A stretch of DNA of 64,000 nt from a bacterium (lineage in GTDB: Bacteria > UBA8248): the NCBI GenBank assembly GCA_965221165.1, contig CBDCRP010000003.1, positions 96,001 through 160,000 on the forward strand, in the 5' to 3' direction. Position 1 is the first letter of the stretch. Each line of letters starts with the position of its first letter. Shown in pieces: positions 50,471 to 61,713 of the stretch. The position numbers and the translations under genes are program-made. The notes beneath the pieces are model-generated. The model was not told the origin of the DNA. It was given only the letters and a program-made list of their open reading frames with translations, and did no database searches.

Positions 50471-52159
50471 TTGGAAAACAGAAATCTGTACTTGTTCATC
50501 GCCTCCGCCGCCTTATTGCTGATTGGCATCTCCGGCTGGGCCGGTCATGATCAATTCTCCGCCCCTCCGAAATGGGCTTACGCCACCATTGCCCTGGGGA
50601 TAGTTTGCTTTGTGTATACGGCATGGATTTCGCGGCGCGAACTTCAAGGCGGCATGCGGCTCCGATCCACGCGAACGGGTATACAAGTCGTCCTGATGGT
50701 CATCGTGGTGACAGCCATTTTGGTGGTCGTTGAACTCGTGAGCGTGAAACACTTCAAGCGTTGGGACATCACTCCAGGAAATTTCTTCAGCCTGTCCGCG
50801 AAAACCACAAATCTGTTAAGCAAACTCGATAGAGAAAAAAGGCGGATCGAGATCATCACTTTTGCCCGCAAGCTGGAACAACCTGCGGTAACGGAAATTT
50901 TGGAACAATATACCCGGGCATCGAAACAAGTCACTTTCCGCTTCCTGGACCTGGACGCCTCTCCACGAACAGCACGAAAATATGATGTAGACGCCTATGG
51001 CACATTGGTCGTGATTCATCATTTCAATAAAAAAGAAATCGAGAAACAGAACAAACCGAATTCCGCGGACAAAGAGAAGAAAAAGACGTTCCGCTCGGAG
51101 AAGATATTCAATCTTTCAGAAAACGCGATCGCCAATGCGATACTGAAAACCATTCAAACCGAACAAAAACACGTATATTATCTCACGGGCCATGGGGAGC
51201 GGCTTTTCTCCGGTCAAGGACGTGAGGTGATGAAGACGCTCGCCATCGGCATGAGGGATGACAACTACCAGGTGGATGAGCTTCTTTTGTTGAGAAAAAA
51301 AGGCGTACCTGAAAATACCAGCATGTTGATTATCGCGGCGCCCCAAAAAGAGCTGGAAGAAGTTGAAATCAAGTATATCGATGCTTACATCAAATCCGGC
51401 GGAAAGCTTCTTGTTTTCCTGGAACCTGAAACGAAATCGGAACGCCTGACCGCGCTCCTGGAAAGATATGGTTTCAAACTCCCTCCATCTTTTGTCATCG
51501 ATCCCGAATCGGTGCGCTTCGCCCTGGCGGGTGGAAATATAGTCACCCCGTTTGCGGTGAACTATGGGTTGCACGACATCACCAAGCAATTAAAGGGCTT
51601 GGCCACTGTATTCCCGACCGCAAGACATGTGTCCGCTACGAGCATGCCCAAGGCGGGACTGCACTCCGAGGATTTGGTGAAAACGGGAGCGGGAAGTTAT
51701 ACCGTCGAGAGCGTAACCCTCCAGAACGGTGAACTCTCCTTCGATCCCAAGACCCAAAAAGAAGGGCCCGTCCCGATTGGGGCTGCCGTCACCGTCACCC
51801 TGGATCTCTACAAACTCGCCCAGGGGCAGGGGTCTCAAGACGACGCGAAAACACCCGCGGCCGGGAAGAAAAATGAAAAGAACAACGAGGCCCGAATCGT
51901 CGTTTTCGGTGATGCTGATTTTGCGAGTGATGCTTTCATCGGCGCACAAGGCAATGCGAATCTCGCCTACAACACCGTAAACTGGCTCGGCGGCGAGAAA
52001 GACCTGATCACCATCCGCCCCAAAAGCCGTACGGGCGAACCCCTCGTATTGGCCGGGGGTGAGGGCAGGTTCGTTCACTTGTTCACCGTCTGGATGATGC
52101 CCTTGTTCATCATTCTCATCGGAGCCGCCGTCTACGTCCGGAGAAGGCAACTGCGGTGA
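50471..52159 (+). CDS. GldG-like ABC auxiliary component (GIFT/ABC_transp_aux domain)
   Basis: N-terminal TM helices, RWDIT..FSLS, YYLTGHGE, IIAAP, RIVVFGDADF, NWL and a C-terminal TM. TTG start at 50471. Confidence 0.88.
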   Translation: MENRNLYLFIASAALLLIGISGWAGHDQFSAPPKWAYATIALGIVCFVYTAWISRRELQGGMRLRSTRTGIQVVLMVIVVTAILVVVELVSVKHFKRWDITPGNFFSLSAKTTNLLSKLDREKRRIEIITFARKLEQPAVTEILEQYTRASKQVTFRFLDLDASPRTARKYDVDAYGTLVVIHHFNKKEIEKQNKPNSADKEKKKTFRSEKIFNLSENAIANAILKTIQTEQKHVYYLTGHGERLFSGQGREVMKTLAIGMRDDNYQVDELLLLRKKGVPENTSMLIIAAPQKELEEVEIKYIDAYIKSGGKLLVFLEPETKSERLTALLERYGFKLPPSFVIDPESVRFALAGGNIVTPFAVNYGLHDITKQLKGLATVFPTARHVSATSMPKAGLHSEDLVKTGAGSYTVESVTLQNGELSFDPKTQKEGPVPIGAAVTVTLDLYKLAQGQGSQDDAKTPAAGKKNEKNNEARIVVFGDADFASDAFIGAQGNANLAYNTVNWLGGEKDLITIRPKSRTGEPLVLAGGEGRFVHLFTVWMMPLFIILIGAAVYVRRRQLR

Positions 52160-54018
52160 ACCCCAAGAAAAATCTCCTATTGCTTCTCGTTTTGGTGGTC
52201 ATTGGTGGCGCATATTACGTCTACGACGTGAAATGGGCCGCCGAGAAACGTACCGCCGAGGAACAAAAGGTCAAACTCCTCAAGGGGATTGACGAGAAGG
52301 CGCTGATACGCATCGACGTATCGAAAGAAGATGAACCCTACCAGATCATCCGAACGGAGAAAGGGTGGCGCTTCGTCAAACCCGTCGACGCCGCCGTTGA
52401 TGCGGATGAGGTCGAGAAGCTCCTCGAAGCAGCGGCGAAACTCCGGGAGCGCCGGCGAATCGGAAGCGTAAAAGACAAATCGGAATTCGGAATGGACGAG
52501 CCCAGGATGAAAATCACATTCGGGCTGAAGGACAAGGACGATGTTTCCGTCGAGATCGGGGACAGAACCCCCACACGTGAATTTCGATATGCCGCGCTGG
52601 CGAAAAGCCCCGGAATTTTCACCCTCCAGCTTTCCGACATTGCCAAGTTTGATAAAACGGTATTCAGCATTCGGGACAGGTCGATCGTTCCCATTTTGCC
52701 CGAGCGCGCCCAAAAGGTGGTTGTCGAACCTCAGGATGGTGGTGGCTTCACGGTTGTTCGAAAGAGCAAAGATGAATGGGCGCTGGCGAAACCCATCGAG
52801 GACAGGGCCGACTCCATTGATTCCGAGGGCATCGTATCTACCCTGAAATGGGACAAGGTACAGAAATTCGTTGATGAAAATCCCAAGAATCTCGTACCCT
52901 ATGGTCTGGATAAACCCAAAATTACGGTGCGCATCTTCACGGAAGAGAAAGAAAAACACGAAGACGGGGTTATCCTGGGCAACAAAAAGGTGGAAGCGCC
53001 CGGACCGAAAAGCCCCCAGAAGAAACCAAAGGTTTATTATTACGCCAGGAGGCTCTCCGGCGGCCCCGTCATGCTCATCAATGAGAAAACATTCCAGGAG
53101 CTGCCCAAATCCGTATTCTCCTTGAGGCACAAGACCGTCATCGATTATGACGTCGACCACATCACCCGCCTTCTGGTTGAATCGAAATCCCAAAAACTCG
53201 ACATCGTCCGAAAGGCGAAGAAAAAATGGGACCTACGCCTCGCTGCGGCGGATGGAAAACAAAAAAATCTCACCGGCCGACACAAGCACGTGGATGACCT
53301 TTTGTGGGACATCAAGTGGAGCAATTCCATAGAATATGTGGACGCCCCCGGGGATGACCTCTCCAAATACGCCCTGGGGCGTGAAGACGGCAAGGGCGCG
53401 CCGCTTCATTACACCCTCTGGCTTAAAAAGAAAGAAGACGGGCCGCTGGAGAAAAAAGCGTTCATCATCGGGCGGTTTCTGAAGGAGAAGAAGAGGGCGT
53501 ACGGCCAAATTGAAGGGGAAAAACGCCTGTTCGCCATCAAGAAGGAAGATTATGACAAGATTACGAAAACGCCCTATTTCCTGAGTGAGCGGCGTTTGCT
53601 CCTCTACGGGAAAGACGGTGAAATCACGGAAGTTACGGCGCGATTTCCCGATAAATCCTCCATGACGGCTGAGCGCTTCGGCGAAGGGTGGCGCTTCCTC
53701 TCTCCCGAGGGGAAAGAGGCCGAACCCGGCAACGTGAATGACCTCGTAGGCGCTCTCAGGGATTTCGAGAGAGAAGGGGAGGCGGAACCGGGTGAAGCGC
53801 CAGATTTCAAAGACTTTATCGTCGAACTCTCGGGCAGGGATATCCGCCACGCGAAATGGGGGCCGTTTCTGTTTGCCGGCAAGACGGGTTCCGAGTTCCT
53901 TTATGTGAGAGAAGGCGATAAAACCTACCGCATCAAGAAGAAATACAATGAGGATAAGCTCCCTAAAGAATTGAAAGATTGGGAGAAAGAAAAAAAGAAA
54001 GAAGACGGCGCCGCATAG
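52156..54018 (+). CDS. DUF4340 repeat protein (membrane-anchored periplasmic, ~3 repeats)
   Basis: N-terminal TM and repeated W..xxP....AD / YGLDKP / LR motifs. Typical fourth gene of GldAFG-like operons. Confidence 0.8.
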   Translation: MNPKKNLLLLLVLVVIGGAYYVYDVKWAAEKRTAEEQKVKLLKGIDEKALIRIDVSKEDEPYQIIRTEKGWRFVKPVDAAVDADEVEKLLEAAAKLRERRRIGSVKDKSEFGMDEPRMKITFGLKDKDDVSVEIGDRTPTREFRYAALAKSPGIFTLQLSDIAKFDKTVFSIRDRSIVPILPERAQKVVVEPQDGGGFTVVRKSKDEWALAKPIEDRADSIDSEGIVSTLKWDKVQKFVDENPKNLVPYGLDKPKITVRIFTEEKEKHEDGVILGNKKVEAPGPKSPQKKPKVYYYARRLSGGPVMLINEKTFQELPKSVFSLRHKTVIDYDVDHITRLLVESKSQKLDIVRKAKKKWDLRLAAADGKQKNLTGRHKHVDDLLWDIKWSNSIEYVDAPGDDLSKYALGREDGKGAPLHYTLWLKKKEDGPLEKKAFIIGRFLKEKKRAYGQIEGEKRLFAIKKEDYDKITKTPYFLSERRLLLYGKDGEITEVTARFPDKSSMTAERFGEGWRFLSPEGKEAEPGNVNDLVGALRDFEREGEAEPGEAPDFKDFIVELSGRDIRHAKWGPFLFAGKTGSEFLYVREGDKTYRIKKKYNEDKLPKELKDWEKEKKKEDGAA

Positions 54019-54181
54019 AATTCGCCCACCGATAAACCCGCCTCGAGGCCCTCATCGGACTTTACGCTCTAAAATTACCGCTTGAATCCACAATCCGGCA
54101 ACAAATTATAACAATTCCAATAACAATACCTTATGTTGATATATCTAGAACTAAAATAAACTAAAATTCCGGCAGGACGGA

Positions 54182-55582
54182 TCAAAACGACTCGAAAGTG
54201 GGAGAAGTTTGCCAGCCGCCGCTTTCCTCCTCCAGGGCGTGGGCGATTCGGTACAGCCCGCTTTCACCGAAATCGGGACCGACCAGTTGCACCGCGAGAG
54301 GCAGCCCGTCTTCAGAAAAACCCCGGGGCAGGGATATCGCGGGCGCGCCCAGGGCGTTGGCCCAGCGCGTATAGCGCGTCAACGAGGAAATCAGCCCCTC
54401 CGCCTCAGAGCGCGCCTGTGCGTGAGAGGGTGCGGGAATCGGCGTCGTCGGAGAGGCCAGAGCATCCACGGCGGAGAACACCTCGCTCTCGTAGTGATGA
54501 ATCAACTCCTTACGCCTGGCGAGCGCGGCATGGTATTCGGCTCCATGAATCCCGCGCCCGGCTTCCAGGCGCGCCAGGATCTCGGGCGTCACCTGTTCCT
54601 CGTATTTCTCAAGGCGCTCGCCGTGTAGCATCAGCGCCTCGTATTTGAAAATCGTGTTGGCGAGTTCCTCGAGTTCTTCCGCATAAGGAGGCGGCATCGG
54701 AACGAGGTTCGCGCCCAGGCGCTCGAGCGCCTCGCATGCTACCCCGTAAGCCGCCCGCATCTCCTTTGAAGCGCCGCTCAACTCCGCATCTTCCAACACG
54801 CCCACGCGAACGCCCTCGATGTCCCCCTTCAGGGCATCGGCGTAGTCGGGCACCGCTCGTGTGCTCGCGCTCGCATTCTGGGGGTCCGCCCCCGCAATGG
54901 CGGAGAGCACCAGCGCGTTGTCCTCCACCGTTCGCGTGAGCGGACCAAAGGTGTCGAGCGTCCAGGAGAGCGCCATTCCTCCGTGTCGGCTCACGCGGCC
55001 ATTCGTGGGCTTCATACCAACGACGCCGCAAAACGCCGCCGGTATGCGGATGGAGCCTCCCGTATCCGTGCCGATCGCGGCCAGCGCCAGCCCCCCGGCG
55101 ACCGCGCACCCCGCCCCGCTGCTCGATCCCCCCGTGACGTGGCCCTGCTTCCAGGGGTTCTGCGGGTTTCCGAAATGCCTGTTGCGCCCCGTCGGCCCCA
55201 TGGCGAGTTCCGCCATGTTGAGTTTTCCCATGTTGACGGCGCCCCCGGCTTCAAGGCGCTTCCAGATGCTCGATACCGCATCCGGCGGAGGATCTTCTCG
55301 AAACATCACGCTTCCGCAAGTCGTGGGAACGTCCGGAATATAGCAGAGGTCCTTGTAGGCCACGGGTATGCCGTCCAGCGGGCCGAATTCATCGCCGAAG
55401 CGAAACCTGCGCTCGGATTCCCGCGCCGCCCTGCGCAACCCTTTTTCGTTGACGTGCAAATAGGCTCTGAGATGGAGATTCCATTGCTTGATGAGGGCGA
55501 GGGCGTCATCTGCGATTTCGACCGGCGAGACCTCTCCGGCGCGGTAGGCATCCCGAAGCCTCGTAATCGTCCAGTGGCTCAT
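54182..55582 (-). CDS. Amidase signature family protein
   Basis: LDGIPVAYKD, GKLNM, GGSSSG and GTDTGGSIRIPA. Confidence 0.93.
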   Translation of the reverse strand: MSHWTITRLRDAYRAGEVSPVEIADDALALIKQWNLHLRAYLHVNEKGLRRAARESERRFRFGDEFGPLDGIPVAYKDLCYIPDVPTTCGSVMFREDPPPDAVSSIWKRLEAGGAVNMGKLNMAELAMGPTGRNRHFGNPQNPWKQGHVTGGSSSGAGCAVAGGLALAAIGTDTGGSIRIPAAFCGVVGMKPTNGRVSRHGGMALSWTLDTFGPLTRTVEDNALVLSAIAGADPQNASASTRAVPDYADALKGDIEGVRVGVLEDAELSGASKEMRAAYGVACEALERLGANLVPMPPPYAEELEELANTIFKYEALMLHGERLEKYEEQVTPEILARLEAGRGIHGAEYHAALARRKELIHHYESEVFSAVDALASPTTPIPAPSHAQARSEAEGLISSLTRYTRWANALGAPAISLPRGFSEDGLPLAVQLVGPDFGESGLYRIAHALEEESGGWQTSPTFESF

Positions 55583-55616
55583 TGGCGGATTCCGCGAAAG
55601 GGCGAGGCGGGAAAGA

Positions 55617-56180
55617 TCATCCGCGTCCCGGGTAGCCCGGCGCATTGATGACGCGCGTCATCTGGTCCTGGTGCAGATAGTCGTGCGTTCCCGAGTAGAC
55701 GATGCGATCGTAGATGTTGAGGTCGCCATAGCGAAAATGCTCGTGTACGCAGCGGCTCATGTCGGTGCTCCGGTGGGGAAGCATCATCCGGTGAACCGCC
55801 TCCCTGTTGGACATGAGGGCAGCTATCATTTCACGGAATTCGCCTTCGCCCTTGGGGATGAGAAAATCGGGCGCCGGAACCCGGCCCTGCTCCCTGCGCC
55901 TGAGCGCCTCGCGGCTCATCTTCTGCGGGTTCTCGGGAGCCGTATCCCACGAGCCGGACTCCGCCGCCTCCGCGAGACTCTTTTCGATGGAGCGCGCGTA
56001 ATAATCGTCCGTCAAAAGGATGTGCTCGAGATTCTCGTGCAGGGACCATTCACCATCGGGAGGCTGCCAGTTCACGTGGGCGGGGTCGATGCCCTCCAGA
56101 AAGGAGATCAGGTTTCTTCTGTCCTCGAAAGCAGAGCCAAAAGCCTCATCGAACATTTCCTCTGGAGTCATCGTCATCAT
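55617..56180 (-). CDS. DinB family protein
   Basis: WSLHENLEH, H..YG.L and HDYLH His triad. Confidence 0.8.
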   Translation of the reverse strand: MMTMTPEEMFDEAFGSAFEDRRNLISFLEGIDPAHVNWQPPDGEWSLHENLEHILLTDDYYARSIEKSLAEAAESGSWDTAPENPQKMSREALRRREQGRVPAPDFLIPKGEGEFREMIAALMSNREAVHRMMLPHRSTDMSRCVHEHFRYGDLNIYDRIVYSGTHDYLHQDQMTRVINAPGYPGRG

Positions 56181-56240
56181 CCTTCACGTCGCGGTGGGCG
56201 AGGGCCTTTGAATTCCATCAACCATTTCCAGAAGCGGATT

Positions 56241-57148
56241 TCAGGAATCCCGCCTTGCGCCGGGAGAGCGCACCTCGATGTCCAGCCATTCTTCCCAGAG
56301 TTTGATGAGCGAGGCGTATTCATCCGCTCCGTATCCTTTCTGAATCGCCATTTCATAGACGTGATGCGTCGCGCCGGCGATGAAGGTGGGAACGCGCAGT
56401 TCACGCGCCAGCTCGAGGCACAAATCGGAATCTTTCGTGGCGAGATCGGTCGTCATCCCGGGGGTGAATTCTCCCGGCAGGATATGTTTTCTGAGCCTGT
56501 CCTCCACCTGGCGGCTGCGCCCCGAACTGACGGAGATGACGTCGCAGAGCAAATCGGGGTCGGCTCCCGCCGCGACGCCCAGGGACATGGCCTCGGTCAA
56601 CGCCGCGAGGTTCACGTGCGAGAGCATGTTGTTCACGACCTTGAACAACATGCCCATACCGGATGCGCCGCAATGAAAGATGTTCTTTCCAAAATGCGCG
56701 AGCAGGGGCTTGAGCCTTTCGAACCCCGCCTCGCCGCCGCCCACCATCAGCGTGAGGGTTCCGGCCTCCGCACCCTTTACGCCGCCGCTCACGGCGGCAT
56801 CCATCAACTCCGCCCCGTGCGCTTTCACCCGGGGGGCCAGTTCCTTGATGAGGGAAGGGGAGACGGTGCTCGTCTCCGCCAGGAGCGCCCCGGCTCGTGC
56901 ATCGGCCAGAATTCCCTCCTCACCCAGAATCACTTCGCGCGATATGTCGGGATGCGGCAAGGACGTGAATATGACCTCTGAGCGGGAAGCGACGTCCGCC
57001 GGGCTTCGTCCTGCGCGCGCGCCTTTTCTCTCGGCCTCCCGAGTGGCTTCCTCTCGAACGTCGTAAGCGGTTACTTCGTGACCCGCGCGAATGAGATGGG
57101 CGCAAATCCGGCTCCCCATCCTTCCAGGCCGATAAACCCAAGCTCCAC
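56241..57148 (-). CDS. NAD(P)-dependent beta-hydroxyacid dehydrogenase (3-hydroxyisobutyrate/tartronate semialdehyde reductase family), frameshifted near 57125
   Basis: DAAVSGG, LMVGG, KVVNN and KD motifs. The Rossmann start VELGFIGLG is in another frame, with one G missing in CTGGAAGG. Confidence 0.85.
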
Positions 57149-57197
57149 CTTTGTCTCCCCAGGGGATGCCCGATTCGCTCATCGTCAATGAATAAAA

Positions 57198-57274
<77 letters not shown>

Positions 57275-57394
57275 ACCGAAAGAAATGTTCCGCGCAAAAG
57301 GCCCGGGCACGCCCGGGTGGCGGGCCGAACCGCGCCGAATTTTCGGCGAAAGAAATATCTCAGGCTATGTAGTAAGGCTTAAGCGTGGCTTTCG

Positions 57395-58075
57395 TCAAGG
57401 GCTTCGCGTCATTGAGGCCGGGGAAATGAATTTGTCTCGAAAACGGCGATTGGTGGAAGAGGGGGAAATTCCGGGAAGGGGGGAGAAGAGGCTGGGTACT
57501 CCGAAATCGCTGCTGTGCATCGTGGCGATCCGGTGGCCCCCGGTTTTCGAAACCGTGGTGCGCGTCATCTCGCGCAACGGGACGACCTGACCGCCGACGA
57601 GTAGAAGCATTTTCCCTTTTTTGAGTATCACGGTGGTGAAATGGTTATAGGCCTTCAGGGCGAATTCAGCCCCCTTGCCGCGCAGCATTCCCGTAGGCGT
57701 CATAACGCTCAGGTTTAGCCCGCAGGAAGATTGAGCACATTTCACGGTGCCCCAGTTCAGTTTCGTCGAATACGTGCCGCCCCGCTTCAGGCCCATCAGC
57801 TTGAAGGAGGTGTTCGGTCCCAGAAGCAGCCGACAGCCCGGGCGGCGGCGAAAATGAATGAGCGCCCGAGAACTCCCGCTCGTGACGATGTGATCGCCCG
57901 GAAGCATCGAGCGTTTGCCTCTCAGAGAGACTTTTTTTCCGCGCGAAATAACAACGTGAGGAAGGCCGGATATAGCCCGCATATCGACGAGGAATCTGTT
58001 TTCCGGGGCAGCGGATGAAACCACGCACAGGGGAACGAGGTGCACTCCAAGAATCAAGATTCTAAGCCTGGTCAT
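57395..58075 (-). CDS. Exported FecR-domain protein
   Basis: Signal peptide; GDHIVT...A.I, LGPNT and VMTPTG..RG..F pattern of FecR-like beta domains. Confidence 0.6.
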   Translation of the reverse strand: MTRLRILILGVHLVPLCVVSSAAPENRFLVDMRAISGLPHVVISRGKKVSLRGKRSMLPGDHIVTSGSSRALIHFRRRPGCRLLLGPNTSFKLMGLKRGGTYSTKLNWGTVKCAQSSCGLNLSVMTPTGMLRGKGAEFALKAYNHFTTVILKKGKMLLLVGGQVVPLREMTRTTVSKTGGHRIATMHSSDFGVPSLFSPLPGISPSSTNRRFRDKFISPASMTRSP

Positions 58076-58191
58076 GTTATCCCCGTGGAGTGGCGGCGAT
58101 CCCCGAAACCGCATCTAGTTTTGTAAAGGATTTTCCAGGGATTTGCAAGCTCCCTAACTAACGGAAAAATCATGGTTTCTCGAATCCTGGA

Positions 58192-58671
58192 CTAAAGAAG
58201 CGGGCTGCGGCGCGTCGTGATGACGCCGGTTCTCATGCCCGCCGTATGCAAGCCGCCCCTCAGGCGGCCGTGTTCAATCTTCATGCACCTGTCCATGACG
58301 ACGAGAAGACCCTCGTCTCTCGCCCGGCGAGCTTCCGCCTCGTTCACCACGCCGAATTGCAGCCAGATGGATTTGGCGCCGACCGCCATCGCCTCGTCCA
58401 CCACTTCTGAAATTTCATCCGGCCTGCGAAACACGTCCACCACGTCGGGAGGCTCGGGTATCGATTCAACGTCGGGGTAGGATTTTTGGCCCAGTATCCG
58501 TTCGTATCTGGGGTTCACGGGAATCACCTCGAAGCCCATTCTTTGCAGGTAATAACCCACGAAGTAGCTGGGTCTCGATTCATTCGCCGAGAGACCCACC
58601 ATTGCCACGCGGCGATGATTTCGCAGGATATGACGAATCGTGTGCGGGTTTTGATACGCGGGAAAATCCAT
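58192..58671 (-). CDS. CoA-binding protein (YccU-like)
   Basis: VAMVGLS, RPS, IPVNP, VDVFR, WLQFG and VMDRC. Overlaps the metY stop codon. Confidence 0.9.
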   Translation of the reverse strand: MDFPAYQNPHTIRHILRNHRRVAMVGLSANESRPSYFVGYYLQRMGFEVIPVNPRYERILGQKSYPDVESIPEPPDVVDVFRRPDEISEVVDEAMAVGAKSIWLQFGVVNEAEARRARDEGLLVVMDRCMKIEHGRLRGGLHTAGMRTGVITTRRSPLL

Positions 58672-59990
58672 CACTTGCTCCTCGTCGCTGCATCGAGCGC
58701 CTGATCCAGGTCCCACAGAATATCGTCTATATGTTCGAGGCCCACCGATATCCGGATGAGGTCGGGCGTGACGTTTCCCGCCTTCATGTCCTCCTCGCTC
58801 AACTGGGCGTGCGTCGTGGAAGCCGGATGGATGATGAGGCTTTTGGCATCGCCGACGTTCGCCAGATGACTGTGCAGTTGAAGAGCGTTGATGAAGTGAA
58901 CGGCGGCCTCGAATCCGCCCCGGACGCCGAAGGAAAAAACGGCGCCCCGTCCATTCGACAGATATTTTTGCGCCTTCGCGTACTCGGGACTATCCGGCAG
59001 TCCGGGATGGCTCACGAAACTGATGCGTGCATCCTGTGCGAGATACTCGGCCACCCTCTGCGCGTTCTCGCAGTGGCGACCCATCCGCAGGCTCAGGGTT
59101 TCCAGCCCCTGAAGAAACAAAAAAGCGTTGAAGGGACTCGGACACGGACCGATGTCGCGCAGGCTCTCCGCACGCGCCTTCATCAGGAAACCGTACTCGC
59201 CGAAGGTCTCGAAAAACCGCATACCGTGATAGCCCGGCGAGGGATCGACCATGCCCGGAAATTTTCCGTTCGCCCAGTTGAAGCGCCCCGAATCCACGAT
59301 GACGCCGCCGATGCTCGTACCGTGCCCGCCGATGAATTTGGTGGTCGAATGCAGGACGATGTCCGCCCCCCACTCGATGGGGCGGCAAAGGCAGGGGGTG
59401 GCGAAGGTGTTGTCCACCACGAGGGGCACGCCCGCCTCGTTCGCGATTTTAGCCAGCACTTCCAAATCGGCGACGTTCGTGCGCGGGTTCCCTATCGTCT
59501 CGCAGTAGATGGCGCGCGTTTTATCCGTGACGGCGGCCGCGAAATTATCGCTCTTAGCCGGATCGACGAAGACCGTTTCGATACCGAGTTTTCTCAGCGT
59601 GATGTCGAACTGCGTGTAGGTGCCCCCGTAGAGGGTGGCGGCCGATACGATTTCATCCCCCGGCGCCATCAGGGTGAACAGCGCGATGAACTGCGCGGCC
59701 TGGCCCGAGGCCGTCGCCAGCGCGCCGGCGCCTCCCTCCAGAGTGGCGATGCGCTCCTCGAAGGCGCTCGTCGTGGGATTTCCGATGCGCGAGTAGATGT
59801 AGCCATAATCCTGCAGTGAGAATAGACCCGCCGCATGTTCGTCGTCGTCGAAGACGAAAGAGGAGGATTGATAGATCGGAACCGCCCGCGCCCCGGTGGT
59901 GGCGTCGGGCCGCGCGCCCGCATGGAGGGCGTTCGTATCGAAATGAAACTCTCGCGCGGCTGTTTCCTCGGGCGTGGAATTCTCGTTCAT
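58671..59990 (-). CDS. metY: O-acetylhomoserine aminocarboxypropyltransferase / sulfhydrylase
   Basis: [33 protein letters not shown] and [19 protein letters not shown]. Confidence 0.93.
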   Translation of the reverse strand: MNENSTPEETAAREFHFDTNALHAGARPDATTGARAVPIYQSSSFVFDDDEHAAGLFSLQDYGYIYSRIGNPTTSAFEERIATLEGGAGALATASGQAAQFIALFTLMAPGDEIVSAATLYGGTYTQFDITLRKLGIETVFVDPAKSDNFAAAVTDKTRAIYCETIGNPRTNVADLEVLAKIANEAGVPLVVDNTFATPCLCRPIEWGADIVLHSTTKFIGGHGTSIGGVIVDSGRFNWANGKFPGMVDPSPGYHGMRFFETFGEYGFLMKARAESLRDIGPCPSPFNAFLFLQGLETLSLRMGRHCENAQRVAEYLAQDARISFVSHPGLPDSPEYAKAQKYLSNGRGAVFSFGVRGGFEAAVHFINALQLHSHLANVGDAKSLIIHPASTTHAQLSEEDMKAGNVTPDLIRISVGLEHIDDILWDLDQALDAATRSK

Positions 59991-60179
59991 GCGCACTCCT
60001 CGAAACCCTAAAGTCCAAGTTTGTAATCCTTGAACCCTACAATAGCAAGCGATGCGCCCAAATAGAAGCCTCCTCCACCGGGGCGAAAATATCCGGAGGC
60101 GTTGATTTTATGCCCCCGACTGCACCATAATCGCTGTTCGTGATGACGCGCTCGCCCCGCAACCTGCACGTAAAGGTCC

Positions 60180-60935
60180 ATGGCTCGAATACTTCTTTGC
60201 AATGATGACGGCATCGACTCTGAAGGGTTGCGCGCCCTGTACGCGGCCCTTGCCCCGCTGGGGGAGTTGGTAGTCGTGGCGCCGGACAGGGAGCAGAGCG
60301 CGGCGGGACACTCCTTGAGCCTGCACCGGCCCCTGCGCATCAAGGAGTTGGAAAAAAACTGGTTCGCCGTGGACGGCACCCCCACAGACTGCGTCAACCT
60401 CGCCTTAAACGGCCTGATGAAAAACGAGCGCCCCGACATTCTCGTCTCCGGCATCAACCGGGGCGGAAACATGGGGGACGACATCACTTATTCGGGAACC
60501 GTGGCCGCCGCGATGGAAGCCACGCTCCTGGGGCTTCCGGCGGTGGCGATCTCTCTCGCCCATGAAGACGGGGAGACGCTCCTTTATGAACTGGCGGAAA
60601 AAGTTGCGCGCGCCGGTGCGAGGGAAGTATTATCCCGGGGACTGACGCCGGGCGTTCTGCTGAACATCAACGTCCCGAACATTTCCCCGCAAGAGTGCCG
60701 GGGAGAGAGAATCACCCGCCAGGGCAAGCGCATTTACGAGGAAGCCGTCGTGGAGAAGATCGACCCGCGCGGGCGCGAGTATTACTGGATAGGGGGAGGC
60801 AGCCTCCGGTGGGAGAAGGAACCCGACACCGACTTCGAGGCCGTCGCCGCGAAGGAGGTTTCCATCACGCCCCTGAGGCTCGACCTGACGGATTATGACG
60901 CGATGAAAGGGCTGGAATCTTGGCGATTTCATTAA
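60180..60935 (+). CDS. surE: 5'/3'-nucleotidase SurE
   Basis: NDDG, GTPTDCV, SGINRG and YSGTVAAA. Confidence 0.96.
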   Translation: MARILLCNDDGIDSEGLRALYAALAPLGELVVVAPDREQSAAGHSLSLHRPLRIKELEKNWFAVDGTPTDCVNLALNGLMKNERPDILVSGINRGGNMGDDITYSGTVAAAMEATLLGLPAVAISLAHEDGETLLYELAEKVARAGAREVLSRGLTPGVLLNINVPNISPQECRGERITRQGKRIYEEAVVEKIDPRGREYYWIGGGSLRWEKEPDTDFEAVAAKEVSITPLRLDLTDYDAMKGLESWRFH

Positions 60936-61600
60936 ACGGAAGACAGGAGAATCGCTGGCGGCACGCGCGCGAGGAGATGGTGGACAAGCAGATCATCGCC
61001 AGGGGCATTTCGGACGCCCGCGTGCTCGAGGTCCTGCGCGAGGTGCCGAGGCATCATTTCGCGCCCGATATATTTCAGGAAGCCGCCTATGCCGACAAGG
61101 CGCTGCCCATCGGACACGGGCAAACGATTTCCCAGCCCTATATGGCGGCCGCCGCACTCGAGGCCCTGGAACTCAGGGGCGGGGAGAAAGTGCTTGAGAT
61201 CGGAGCGGGTTCGGGTTACCTTACGGCGCTTCTCGGGAAGCTCGCCGGCTCCGTCCGCGCGATTGAAAGGGTGCCCGAGTTGTCGGTGCAAGCCAGGGAG
61301 CGGCTTGATTCTTTCGGCCTGACGAATTATATGCTCTGGACGGCGGACGGCACCTACGGCTGGCCGGAAGAAGCGCCCTTCGACGCCATCGTCAGCGCGG
61401 CGTCCGCACCTCGCGTTCCGGCGCCGTGGATGGAGCAACTCGCTCCCGGCGGCCGCATCGTCATGCCCTTGGGAGATGGGGAGAAGCAAACCCTCGTGCG
61501 ATTCCGCGCCACCAAGACGGGCGAAATGCTCGCACCCGAGGAGTTGATGAACTGCGTTTTTGTGAAATTGGTGGGAAAATACGGATGGGAGACACCATAA
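60920..61600 (+). CDS. pcm: Protein-L-isoaspartate O-methyltransferase
   Basis: [17 protein letters not shown] and APFDAI; conserved surE-pcm order. Confidence 0.95.
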   Translation: MAISLNGRQENRWRHAREEMVDKQIIARGISDARVLEVLREVPRHHFAPDIFQEAAYADKALPIGHGQTISQPYMAAAALEALELRGGEKVLEIGAGSGYLTALLGKLAGSVRAIERVPELSVQARERLDSFGLTNYMLWTADGTYGWPEEAPFDAIVSAASAPRVPAPWMEQLAPGGRIVMPLGDGEKQTLVRFRATKTGEMLAPEELMNCVFVKLVGKYGWETP

Positions 61601-61636
61601 GAGGGTGGTGAATCCACCGTTTCACGAGACTTGTGT

Positions 61637-61713
61637 CGGGGCGTAGCGCAGCCTGGTAGCGCGCCTGCTTCGGGAGCAGGAGGCCGGAGGTTCAAATCCT
61701 CTCGCCCCGACCA
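61637..61713 (+). tRNA. tRNA-Pro(CGG)
   Basis: CGGGGCGTAGCGCAGCCTGGTAGCGCG-CCTGC-TTCGGGA-GCAGG...GGTTCAAATCC...CGCCCCGACCA. Confidence 0.95.

Noticed and set aside
58602-59819. Long plus-strand ORF (405 aa); likewise 55671-56981 and 52177-53193
   Set aside because: These are antisense shadows of well-supported genes in GC-rich DNA and carry no recognisable motifs.
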